DNA of 64,000 bases, taken from NCBI GenBank assembly GCA_902801375.1, contig CADCIB010000012.1, positions 303 to 64,302 of the forward strand. The letters are read 5' to 3'. Both the position numbers and the translations under genes were made by a program. Under the pieces are notes generated by a model, which was not told where the DNA came from, ran no database searches, and was given only the letters and a program-made list of their open reading frames with translations. This stretch comes from an uncultured Prevotellaceae bacterium. Its GTDB lineage: Bacteria > Bacteroidota > Bacteroidia > Bacteroidales > Bacteroidaceae. This document shows, in pieces, positions 8,401-17,135 of this stretch; the stretch's first letter is position 1, and every line of letters starts with the position of its first letter.

Positions 8401-11400
8401 CGCTGCAAGACTCATGCTTCGCCGAGTGTCCCAACCTCGAGTATGTCGATATGCTCTACCTGCGCACCGACGGCTCGAACATCGCCCAGCCGCTCACACC
8501 CGCCATGTTGCAATTGGGCAATGGCGTGTTCGACCAGTCGCCCAAGGTACGTTTCAAGATGACCGACCGTCAGACGGAGTGGTTCGCCGCCGACTCTGGA
8601 TGGGCGAAGTATCAGGACCGCTTCCTGCCCTGTCTCTTCCTGCCCGCCGACCCCGTGGTGGTGAGCAAGCTGAGCGACCTGAAGTACCGCACCGACGTGG
8701 CCCGTGCTTGGTACGACAACAACGCCTCGAAGTGGGGCGACTGGCTCGACATCACCAGGGCTGCATCGGGCAGCATCCTCAACGGCAAGTTCTCGGACAA
8801 CAGCGACCTACGCTCGTTCCCCGACTTCAAGCGTTTCGAGCTGATAGGGCTTGACTATGTGGGCGGATCGTGGTTCCGGAACTGCTCGAACCTCAGCGCC
8901 ATTGAACTGCCCTCGACCATCAAGCACATCGGCGGCTGGGCCTTCTACGGCTGCTCCAGCCTGAAGGAGATCACCATACCCGCTGCCGTAGAGACCATCG
9001 ATGCCTGCGCCTTCCAGTACAGCGGCCTGAAGACCGTGCGCTGCGAGGGCACCATGCCCGCCAAGTTGGACTACAGCGTGTTCGACCTCACCAGCTACAG
9101 CGGATTCACCATCCACGTACCCGCCGAGGCTGTCGATGCCTACAAGCAGGCCTGGCCCAGCTATGCCCAATACATCAAGGCGGAAAGCGAGGAGCCAGCC
9201 CTCATCACCGAGGTTACTCTCGACCAAGCCGGGCAGCTGGCTGAGAAGTTGGGACTGACTGCCATCATGGACGGCAGCGCCGTGCGTTATCTCGGTGGAG
9301 CCTACTGGAAATTCAAGCAGCTGAAGGTGAACGGTCCGATGAATGGCATCGACGTGGGTGTGCTCCGCATCATGATGGGTGCCGACGCCTGGGACAGCGA
9401 TCCGACGGACGGACAGCTGGCCTACGTGGACCTCTCGGGTGCCAACCTCGTGAAGGACACAGAGCACTCCTATAATAAATTTGGTGTGGATGAATACTTG
9501 GAGAAGGCCGACTGGGTGGGCGAATACATGTTCCACAACTGCACGGCCCTCGAAACACTCATCCTGCCTAACTCCGTCACCGAGATAGGTGAGAACACCT
9601 TCCAGGGAGCCAAGAACCTGAAGCGCATCGCTGTGGGCAAGGGCCTGAAGCGCTATACCCGCGACTTGCTGCAGTACATCACCAGCGGCATCGATGAACT
9701 GGTGTTCCTCACCGACCAGTTTGCCACCAGCGAGAGCGACGACCCGTGGGAAGCCCCCATAGCACAAGTCTATACCAAGAAATCGCAGTTGGGCGACTAC
9801 ATAAGCGACCCGGCTCTGACCAACCGCGTACGGAGCATCGCAGCACCGTTTGCCGATGACGAGGCGATGGATGCATTGGCAGCAAAGAATCATTACTTCC
9901 CCTTGGAGTATCTTAAGATGAACGACATCGACGGCGTGTTTACCGGCAACACACGGCTCACGACGCTCGACGAGCTGCCAAACTTTACCGAACTACACAG
10001 TTTGAACGCCCGGGAGTTCATGGGTTGCAGCAGTTTGAAGCGCATTACCCTGCCCGATTCGCTCACTGTGATAGGCAGAGAGGTGTTTGAGGGATGCCAG
10101 CAGTTGGAAACCATCAGCATCGCTGCCGACAGCGTGCCAGCACTGGCCACCGACGCCTTCCGCGACCTGCCCTCCGACTTCCAGATCATCGTGCCGAAGA
10201 CGCATGTGAAGCGTTACCGCGAGCACTGGGAGCAGTATGTCGATCACATTGTGGGCGAGGACGAGGAGTTCCGCAATGGCATCATCGAGATTACGCTGAC
10301 CGAGCCAAATACGCTGGCAGAGAAATTGGGATTGAAGACGACGTCAAAAGTGTTCCAAGGGGGCACATCTAATGACCTCATCGACGGGAAATTCAAATAT
10401 GTAGCATCTGTCACCGGCGACTACTCAAATATCAGAGCCCTGAAGGTCAATGGCCCCATCTCGGGTGCCGACTTCACCGTCATGCGCTATCTGGCCGGCT
10501 ATGATGTCATGGCTGACCTGAATGATCACGTGCAATTCAGCGGCACGCGCAACTATTTTGGCCGGTTGGAATACATTGACCTCTACGATGCCAATATCGT
10601 GCCTACCGACTTCATGACAGATGGTCTCTCGTGGATGGCTTATCCTAAATGTCTGTTTGAAAACGATTATGATATCCTGCCCGGTGACGCCTTTGCTGAG
10701 TGCTATTCATTGAAGACGCTCATACTGCCGCGTACCTGTAAGGTTGTGAGAACACGCGCATTCATCCAGTGTGAATACCTGGAGACGCTGGTCATCGGCG
10801 ACGAGTGCGAGGAATTCAACTGGAATTCCCTTGACGACTGTGCCTCGATGACACGCATGTACATCCTCTCGAAGAAGAAGATGAAGATGGATCAGGATGT
10901 CTGGTTAGTACGTGCTTTTTTCAACAACTACAACCCGACGTTCGACGCATTCTATGTGCGTCCCTCGCTCTACAATGAATATATAGCTGACAATGCCTAC
11001 ACTGGCTCTCAACAGCGCACGAACATGATCAGCTCGGGCATCTTCAAGGACGACGAGTCGTTTGCTGCCTTTGCCGCTCATGCCGCTGCCACTGAGGACG
11101 ACCTGCGGCAGATTGGAGACGTCAGCGGTTGGTTCCGCAACCATACTGGTGTCATCGACTTCGATGCCCTGCAATATACCAGCATCGATTCGTTGCGCAC
11201 CGCCGATGTGGCTCCGCTCACTCAACTGCGCAACGTCACCCTGCCCGTCTCCATCAAGGGCGTGGGCAAGGATGCCTTCAAGAATGCTGCCGGTCTGCGC
11301 TATGTGGACATGAGCCAGTGCGCCGATTATGCCCCGACGCTCGCCGCCGAGGGTGGTGTGCGCTCGCTCGGCATCGGCGAGAACACGCTGGCGTATGTGC

Positions 11401-12137
11401 CTGCGCAGTATGGCGAGAGTGCTGATGTGAACGTGGCAGTCAGCGACGGAAGCGGCTTCAAGGCAAAGACCTTCCGCTTAGTGGACGGACTGGACTACTG
11501 CGTGCCCTTCGCCGTGACAGCCGACAATGTGGAGAACACCCGCACGCTGACGAAGAGCACTGCGCCCTATACCGTCTGTCTGCCTTACGCTCTCGACATC
11601 CCTAACGGTGCGAAGGTCTACCGTCTCTCTGGACGTGGATCAAACGAACTCATCTTTGCCCAACATACGGGACGCATGGAGGCCATGCAGCCTTATCTGG
11701 TATGGACGGAGAACAGCGACGCCCTGCTCTCTACCATGAGTGTGACGCTCCCCGCCAGCAAGGGTGGCACCGTAGGCGGTCAGCAGCAGGTGCCTGGCTA
11801 CACCCTGCGCGGCACGCTGAACAACATTGACAACCAGGAGGCTGTGGAGCTGGGTGCCTACGTAATGAACGACGACGCGAAGTGGCATCCCGTGCTCTCT
11901 GACACGGATGTCCACAAGGCCGTCACCATCCCCGCCTTCCGCTGCTACCTGCTGCAGAGCCGTTACAACAGCCGCGCCGCCATCGGCATGACCTTGGAGG
12001 ATGCCACGGGTGTTGAGCAGCTTCGTACCATCGACGCCGACGGCACAGAGCGCGTCTACGACCTCAGCGGACGTCGCATCGACGGCAGCGCCAAGGGCAT
12101 TGTGATAAAGAACGGACGTAAAATCATCAATAAGTAA
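5415..12137 (+). CDS. Giant BspA-type leucine-rich-repeat surface protein, T9SS cargo (2240 aa)
   Basis: Signal peptide MRIKIQMTLALWLTIAATGAWA. Many LRR_5-type repeats, for example GGWAFYGCSSLKEITIPAAVETIDACAFQYSGLKTV. Duplicated LAEKLGL...LKVNGP modules. The C-terminus DADGTERVYDLSGRRIDGSAKGIVIKNGRKIINK matches the T9SS type-A sorting domain pattern. Confidence 0.85.
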   Translation: MRIKIQMTLALWLTIAATGAWADELNVRQSTESADSIATEVELRDGSVIKAKRLPKRAPTTDYVYKYKGVKYTYITEHNYTRYFNTAVHKPGDYGWSLDANGWYVSAPNTYVTAASIDADDFPSSGEVYILNDLVGFFKGHTHLGCIADNAFWGMPGVKRIYFQDCAAASYSANSFFDFFIGDKAFANCENLEEVNLMQWTTSGTNHWQALPPTAVKRIWGSMLDNSPKAWIRVGTSVYQQYLGSQTWVQVRNRITTFEHSSDDITVDGTVYSFLKNDVGNALSNADDEHEEIMKMLRLWNADYREFNAASLLSDKSRTMDNANLWYTTVTGADADYLKSHDGVLRIYNDPGSYYNYKTIAIRRGAFAGCDDLKAVEFWQTNGRSENSYSDPKMVIENGAFKNCKNLKEIRLFYKVEDGDDRWQVLGPKDVIPAGNIFGLPTPEELIAMSEEEQDAAWTMNEDFRILVSPDLYPEFIADPNWATYAGYIKAADYIPSAKADVVKDLLTYGYVASEAGTLSTDQVVTQDFSLWSIPVIIAEVAMIAYSVYHIYQAVNTAILAAKEAATKNVALTTLKTLGAQLADHIDDVTVDELAGLAGKNLADLGFSTQLIEFYSSYGICNAEGLVTLTAEQLLHEIQNDVTMKLVLNTLGRTTQRLFAAGGEASSIAALAQGIANTSFSSSAKSVLTTTSLTSGVLGGGMVTASVLKNAANIYSMKIGMQNNIIANMHAVSTHAMNMVIMTPDKNLIYHTYIKSAPDDIKDAVIYTGVSKVTRTTTWLPTVFQNKKQLRRVRFHDNSARTSHNMSANLIYIPDSAFVGCDALETLDLRMLTDKNGSRAMGPENFVLCGSDIFAGLDSLNFKIIIPNERREDFENDLSWGQYKRFFQYEDVEENTNFTEFGVNYAFTYRNSNQYVDKLSGHTIEHLHAIGPDDNYIKENNGALGFFNDIGSYNNYKLDYARKNAFRKNQNVKSVSFWDVAGWLWTGDAYTDLQMALQDSCFAECPNLEYVDMLYLRTDGSNIAQPLTPAMLQLGNGVFDQSPKVRFKMTDRQTEWFAADSGWAKYQDRFLPCLFLPADPVVVSKLSDLKYRTDVARAWYDNNASKWGDWLDITRAASGSILNGKFSDNSDLRSFPDFKRFELIGLDYVGGSWFRNCSNLSAIELPSTIKHIGGWAFYGCSSLKEITIPAAVETIDACAFQYSGLKTVRCEGTMPAKLDYSVFDLTSYSGFTIHVPAEAVDAYKQAWPSYAQYIKAESEEPALITEVTLDQAGQLAEKLGLTAIMDGSAVRYLGGAYWKFKQLKVNGPMNGIDVGVLRIMMGADAWDSDPTDGQLAYVDLSGANLVKDTEHSYNKFGVDEYLEKADWVGEYMFHNCTALETLILPNSVTEIGENTFQGAKNLKRIAVGKGLKRYTRDLLQYITSGIDELVFLTDQFATSESDDPWEAPIAQVYTKKSQLGDYISDPALTNRVRSIAAPFADDEAMDALAAKNHYFPLEYLKMNDIDGVFTGNTRLTTLDELPNFTELHSLNAREFMGCSSLKRITLPDSLTVIGREVFEGCQQLETISIAADSVPALATDAFRDLPSDFQIIVPKTHVKRYREHWEQYVDHIVGEDEEFRNGIIEITLTEPNTLAEKLGLKTTSKVFQGGTSNDLIDGKFKYVASVTGDYSNIRALKVNGPISGADFTVMRYLAGYDVMADLNDHVQFSGTRNYFGRLEYIDLYDANIVPTDFMTDGLSWMAYPKCLFENDYDILPGDAFAECYSLKTLILPRTCKVVRTRAFIQCEYLETLVIGDECEEFNWNSLDDCASMTRMYILSKKKMKMDQDVWLVRAFFNNYNPTFDAFYVRPSLYNEYIADNAYTGSQQRTNMISSGIFKDDESFAAFAAHAAATEDDLRQIGDVSGWFRNHTGVIDFDALQYTSIDSLRTADVAPLTQLRNVTLPVSIKGVGKDAFKNAAGLRYVDMSQCADYAPTLAAEGGVRSLGIGENTLAYVPAQYGESADVNVAVSDGSGFKAKTFRLVDGLDYCVPFAVTADNVENTRTLTKSTAPYTVCLPYALDIPNGAKVYRLSGRGSNELIFAQHTGRMEAMQPYLVWTENSDALLSTMSVTLPASKGGTVGGQQQVPGYTLRGTLNNIDNQEAVELGAYVMNDDAKWHPVLSDTDVHKAVTIPAFRCYLLQSRYNSRAAIGMTLEDATGVEQLRTIDADGTERVYDLSGRRIDGSAKGIVIKNGRKIINK

Positions 12138-12143
12138 ACGACA

Positions 12144-12773
12144 ATGAAGAACCTGAAGATAATGAGTATGCTGCTTGGGGGCCTGCTGGCCCTCGGCAGC
12201 TTCACTGCTTGCGGCAGCGACGACAACGACGAGCCGACACCCGTGGAAGTTCCGAAAGCAGCGAGTGCCACGGTAAAGTATGTGGTGAACCTGAGCCAGG
12301 ACTTGCTCAAAGCATCCACCGTCACTATATATTTTATAGGTAGTGACGGTCAGCAGGCGCAGGAGACAGCCATCACACCCACCTGGACGAAGACGGTCAC
12401 CTTTGCTACGCTGCCAGCCAAGGCCGGCTTCAGCGTGCAGCCTCAATTGAAGGGTGCGCCCTCACAGGAAGCGTACACCATCGAGGCCGACGGGAAGATG
12501 ACCGTCACCGTGCTCGACGAGAAGGGTGGCACCTTCGGCAGTCCTTATGAGAGCGGCAAACTGGAGGTGAAGGGTCAGCTCGGTCCCGACTACCTGGGTC
12601 AGTTCCTGACGCGTATCAGCACCCGCCTGCTTGAGGCGAAGGCCATCAGTGCCGACGGCAACATCACCGACACCGCCATTACATGGGGTGGCAATGCCGA
12701 CAACGATGACCCCAACCGCGACACTGAGGTCGCCACCGATGGTGCCACGGGCACGACAAGAGCCTCGATTTAG
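12144..12773 (+). CDS. Hypothetical lipoprotein with acidic post-Cys export signal (209 aa)
   Basis: Lipobox LGSFTAC followed by GSDDNDE. It starts 7 nt after the stop of the 2240-aa gene. No recognised domain. Confidence 0.7.
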   Translation: MKNLKIMSMLLGGLLALGSFTACGSDDNDEPTPVEVPKAASATVKYVVNLSQDLLKASTVTIYFIGSDGQQAQETAITPTWTKTVTFATLPAKAGFSVQPQLKGAPSQEAYTIEADGKMTVTVLDEKGGTFGSPYESGKLEVKGQLGPDYLGQFLTRISTRLLEAKAISADGNITDTAITWGGNADNDDPNRDTEVATDGATGTTRASI

Positions 12774-12805
12774 TCTCACAGAAAGAGAATGATAACATAA
12801 AAAAA

Positions 12806-13281
12806 ATGAAAAAGAACTTGACAAGGCAATGGCTGGCGGCACTGATGGTGGCCGCTGGCCTCCTGACTGCACTGCCGATAGAGGCGCAGAAAGAAACGAA
12901 GGACATCTCTGATTGGTCCGAGAACACCTCGTTCGGAAAGAACGGTGCCAACGCGACCGCCGACGGCTACAGCCCGCCTACATCCTGCAGAGCGACGGCA
13001 TCTGGTACAAGGTGCCGGAGAACCAGCCGCGTGCCTACGTCGGTCCCTTCCGCGCCTACTTCCAGGCCACTACGCCCAACGGTGCCCGCAGCCTTGCCAT
13101 GATATTCGGCGGCAGCTACAACCCCGACGAAGGTAGTGGGACAACGGCCATCGAGCCCGTCGTTTGCACCATCGACCGCGACGGCACTGAGCGAGTCTTC
13201 GATCTCCAAGGCCGCCTGTTGCCAAGCAACCCCGAGAAAGGTATCTACATACAAAACGGAAAAAAATATATTAACAAATAG
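12806..13281 (+). pseudogene. Internally deleted, frameshifted remnant of a GLUG/LRR T9SS cargo paralog
   Basis: ORF 12806..13102 encodes a signal peptide plus DISDWSENTSFGKNGANATADGYS, homologous to the N-termini of the 13283 and 17136 genes. ORF 12913..13281, in another frame, encodes the family C-terminus AYILQSDGIWYKVPENQPRAYVGPFRAYFQA...TERVFDLQGRLLPSNPEKGIYIQNGKKYINK. The junction is at about 12971-12975. Confidence 0.8.
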
Positions 13282-13282
13282 T

Positions 13283-16200
13283 ATGATACTTAAAAAAATA
13301 AACATACAACTCCTGCTTCTGGCGACGATGACGCTGCCGGCAGCAGCACAGCGTGAACCGTATGACATCGACGAATGGACCCTGAACGCCTCGTTCGGGC
13401 AGAACGGCGCCAACATCACCATCGACGGCTACAGCCAGTGGGACGGACAGTCGAGGCAGAGCTACACCGTCAACAGCGCCGGCGAAATCGAAATCCGCAA
13501 CGCTGCGCAGCTGGCCCAGTATGCTTGGGAAATGCACGAAAAAGATTCCGATAAGAAATTCCGTAGTACGAACGTACACCTGCTGTGCGACATAGACCTC
13601 AACGGCTATTATTTCTCCATCACGCGTAGTAATATCTATGGTATTCAGGCTACGTTCGACGGCCATGGCCACACCATCCGCAACGGCTATGCCTTGGAAT
13701 CAACGTATACCCAAGGCTATTACCAAGGCCTTTTTAGGGCTCTTAAAGGCGGCTATATCAAAGACCTGGTCGTGCGTAACTATCATATCATAGGCGACGG
13801 TGCCGGCATTCTTGATAGTGATACCTATGCCGGCATCATCTGTGGGTTAGCTTCCCCGGACTGGTACACAGATGAGAACACAAATACGCGTGTTTATAAA
13901 GGTTGTAAATTTGAAGGCATACGCGTCATCGACTGTACGATAACCGGCGAGGCGACCTGCGTTGGTGGCATCATTGGATTTGCAACTGAAGATCCCAACG
14001 TTCACGAAAAATACTATAAAAATGGTAATGCTATCAGTGTTGATAACGAGGTAAGAGTACAATGCATTGATTGTCTGGTAATGAATTGCAGTATCTCCAC
14101 AACTGATGATATAGCAGGCGGCATTATTGGCAAGGCAACGGTTGCAAACATTGAAAGGAACCGTGTCATCAACACCACTGTCCGTGGTGAGGATGAGTAT
14201 GCCGGTGTATTGCTTGGGGTAGATAAGTCAGTGGGATTTAGTAATGACTCTTATTCCAAACAGGCTCAGATTGATTGCAATGATAATCTTGTCTTGAACT
14301 GCTCCGTCAGCGGGGATGATATAGTTGGCGGTGCCATCGGAACCTTGGGTACGGATTATTCTTCGTCTGGGTATAAGTTTTATACGATAAAGAACAATAT
14401 GATTCATGCCACTGTTGACGGCAACACCGACAACAAGGCTGCTGTCGTTTACGGCATCTCTACCAATAAAGAGTTTACCGTGTCAAACAACTACTACAAT
14501 ACCGAATACTGTACCCTTGATCCCGTAAAAACTTTAGAGGGTACAGCTGCAGGCAAAACAATAGCTGAAGGCAAGACCACTACGGGTATGCTCTCTGTCG
14601 ATATGGGGTCGGACTCCAGGTTAAAGAAGATGGAGAACCTATGGCCGCAGCTTCAGTCGAACTACGCCAGCGACAAGGTCATCACCACTGCCGCCGAACT
14701 CGTGGCGCTGGCCAAAGAGGTCAACAACGGCATTTGCACCTATGAGGGCCGCGTGGTGCGACTGGGTGCCGACATCGACATGACGGGCGTCCTCATGCCT
14801 ACCATCGGCATAACCGACCATCCCTTCATGGGCGAGTTCAACGGACAGAGCCACACCATCAGCAACCTGAGCATCACTTCTGCGAATGACAACGTGGGCC
14901 TGTTCGGTGCTCTTATGAACGCCTACGTCCACAACGTCCATATCGACGGTGCCACCGTCCTCGGACAGAACCATGTGGGCGTGCTCTTCGGCACCACCGT
15001 CTACAGCCCCTGCTACATCAGCGACGTGCTGGTGGAGAACAGCACCGTCACAGGTTTGGGCAGCGTGGGCGGCATCGGCGGACGCGTGGCCGACGACAAG
15101 AATATTGCCTACGCCACCATCGAGCGCTGCTACTTCAAAGGCTCCGTCACCACTGCCTACGCCAACACTAACGACGCGGCATGGGCTGGCGGCATCTGCG
15201 GCAACGTGCTGCGCGGCGCTATCACCGACTGCGGCTGCGTGGCCACCATCACCCGCTCCACCCAGGGCGAGCTGAAGGCAGGACTCATCGGCGGCAGCAA
15301 TGGCACAATGACCGTCACCCGCTGCTATGCCACCGACCTGAACAACACGAGGCTCCCCTTGGTTGATGGTCGTGGAACCAATGCCAACGTGACAGAGACC
15401 AACTGCCCCGCAACCATCGCCTATAGGGAAGGTATGAAGACCGACCTGGGCGACAACTGGTTCTATTTCACTGTAAAGAACGATCTGCCCATCCCTGCCA
15501 GCTTGGGTAAATACACCACAGATGATCCCACGGTGATAGTGGGTGACTTCGTATTCTATCCTAACGACGACGAGGCAACATCATACTATGTAAAAGAGTA
15601 TATTGGCGCGGGCGGCAACGTGACCATACCCACTACCGTCATTATCAAGGACGACACCAAGCCCGTGACGAAGATTTACACCGAAGTGTTCTGTGAGCGC
15701 AGCGACGTCACCAGCGTCACGCTGCAGGAAGGTCTCCTGTACATCGGCAACAAGGCCTTCTACGGAACAGGTATCACCTCTCTCTCGCTGCCTAACAGCA
15801 TCACAGGCGTGGGCGACGAAACTTTCGCAGCCTGTCCGGCGCTCGCCAGCATCAGCATTGGCAGCGGAAGCCCAACAGTGGGTTCTTCACCTTTCAGCAA
15901 ATGCCCCAGTCTGGCCAGCATCACCGTCGCTTCCGGCAATACCTCGCTGAAAGCAGTCGGTGACGTGCTCCTCTCCTATAGCGGCGCCGAGCTCTATGTC
16001 TGCGCCCCGAAGGGTGCCACCACGGGCAACTACTCCGTGCCTTCAGGTGTGAAATTTGTCAATGACAACGCCTTCGCCTACTGCACCCAACTGACAGGCA
16101 TCACCTTCCCCTCCAGTATGGTAAGTTCCGACGACGACCTGTTCGTCGGCTGCGAGAACTTGCGCTATGTCGATTTCAGCCAATGTACTGACTGGGAGCA

Positions 16201-17128
16201 GGGAGGTTTATTTAGTTCTGCCGGCGTGACAGTGAAACGCAATCCGACTGCTGTTGAACGTCTGGATTTTACTAAGGCATTCCCCTTTGCTGGCCTATCC
16301 GAGCAAACCATTATCTATCTGCCAGGCGACAAGAGCCATGACGCCAATGGCGAAAAGAATGTGGTCATCGGCAGCGCAGGCACTGAGTTGGTGCTGACCG
16401 ACGGTTGGGACTTCGACCCGAAGGTGGCATTTACCTTCCCCTCTTCCACGTACGACCGCAGCTTTACAGCCAAGTGGGTAGCCTCCGAGAGCTACGAAGA
16501 GAAGGGCTACACCGTATGTCTGCCCTTCGCCTCGACGCTCACCCTCGAACAGGACAGCGAGGCCAAGGTCTATGCCCCAACGGAGATTGCAGACATCGAA
16601 GGCGTGACCACCGTCACCTTCAGCGAGGTGCAAAGTGGGCAGATGGCAGCCTATAAACCTTATTATATAGTTGTAAGCAGCGGCGGAGCCACCGTCACTG
16701 GTCAGGGCGGCAGCGTGACGCAGCACCAGACAGCAGCCACCACCGCCATCGACGGCGCCTCCTACCAGTTCAAGGGCAGCACCGCCACCATCCCCAACAG
16801 CACGCTTTACGATACCAGCAAGCCCGCCTACATCTTGCAGAGCGACGGCATCTGGTACAAGGTGCCGGAGAACCAGCCGCGTGCCTACGTCGGTCCCTTC
16901 CGTGCCTTTTTCCAATGCATAGGCTCCAATAGCGCGAAATCACTTGCCATGTTGTTCGGTGACAGCTACAACCCTGGCGAGGGCAACGGCCCGACGGGCA
17001 TCCAGCAGATTCTTACCGTTGACTCCAACGGAACAGAACGTTATTTCGACCTTGAAGGACGATTGCTGCTTGAGAAGCCTCAGAAAGGAATCTATATCTT
17101 GAATGGTAAAAAGTACATCAACAAATAG
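13283..17128 (+). CDS. GLUG/beta-helix + BspA-LRR surface protein, T9SS cargo (1281 aa)
   Basis: ORF 13136..17128. Start moved to ATG 13283 (MILKKINIQLLLLATMTLPAAAQ signal). GLUG-like repeats: CVGGIIGFATED, IAGGIIGKATV, IVGGAIGTLG, NVGLFGAL. LRR_5 repeats: IGNKAFYGTGITSLSLPNSITGVGDETFAACPAL. T9SS C-terminus TERYFDLEGRLLLEKPQKGIYILNGKKYINK. Confidence 0.85.
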   Translation: MILKKINIQLLLLATMTLPAAAQREPYDIDEWTLNASFGQNGANITIDGYSQWDGQSRQSYTVNSAGEIEIRNAAQLAQYAWEMHEKDSDKKFRSTNVHLLCDIDLNGYYFSITRSNIYGIQATFDGHGHTIRNGYALESTYTQGYYQGLFRALKGGYIKDLVVRNYHIIGDGAGILDSDTYAGIICGLASPDWYTDENTNTRVYKGCKFEGIRVIDCTITGEATCVGGIIGFATEDPNVHEKYYKNGNAISVDNEVRVQCIDCLVMNCSISTTDDIAGGIIGKATVANIERNRVINTTVRGEDEYAGVLLGVDKSVGFSNDSYSKQAQIDCNDNLVLNCSVSGDDIVGGAIGTLGTDYSSSGYKFYTIKNNMIHATVDGNTDNKAAVVYGISTNKEFTVSNNYYNTEYCTLDPVKTLEGTAAGKTIAEGKTTTGMLSVDMGSDSRLKKMENLWPQLQSNYASDKVITTAAELVALAKEVNNGICTYEGRVVRLGADIDMTGVLMPTIGITDHPFMGEFNGQSHTISNLSITSANDNVGLFGALMNAYVHNVHIDGATVLGQNHVGVLFGTTVYSPCYISDVLVENSTVTGLGSVGGIGGRVADDKNIAYATIERCYFKGSVTTAYANTNDAAWAGGICGNVLRGAITDCGCVATITRSTQGELKAGLIGGSNGTMTVTRCYATDLNNTRLPLVDGRGTNANVTETNCPATIAYREGMKTDLGDNWFYFTVKNDLPIPASLGKYTTDDPTVIVGDFVFYPNDDEATSYYVKEYIGAGGNVTIPTTVIIKDDTKPVTKIYTEVFCERSDVTSVTLQEGLLYIGNKAFYGTGITSLSLPNSITGVGDETFAACPALASISIGSGSPTVGSSPFSKCPSLASITVASGNTSLKAVGDVLLSYSGAELYVCAPKGATTGNYSVPSGVKFVNDNAFAYCTQLTGITFPSSMVSSDDDLFVGCENLRYVDFSQCTDWEQGGLFSSAGVTVKRNPTAVERLDFTKAFPFAGLSEQTIIYLPGDKSHDANGEKNVVIGSAGTELVLTDGWDFDPKVAFTFPSSTYDRSFTAKWVASESYEEKGYTVCLPFASTLTLEQDSEAKVYAPTEIADIEGVTTVTFSEVQSGQMAAYKPYYIVVSSGGATVTGQGGSVTQHQTAATTAIDGASYQFKGSTATIPNSTLYDTSKPAYILQSDGIWYKVPENQPRAYVGPFRAFFQCIGSNSAKSLAMLFGDSYNPGEGNGPTGIQQILTVDSNGTERYFDLEGRLLLEKPQKGIYILNGKKYINK

Positions 17129-17135
17129 AATAAAC

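Noticed and set aside
12973-13057. Considered whether the near-identical C-terminal repeats (12973, 16788, 20608) are a template/variable repeat pair of a diversity-generating retroelement.
   Set aside because: The few mismatches are C/T transitions rather than adenine-specific substitutions. No reverse transcriptase or non-coding template copy is present. All copies are in homologous coding positions, so gene conversion explains them.
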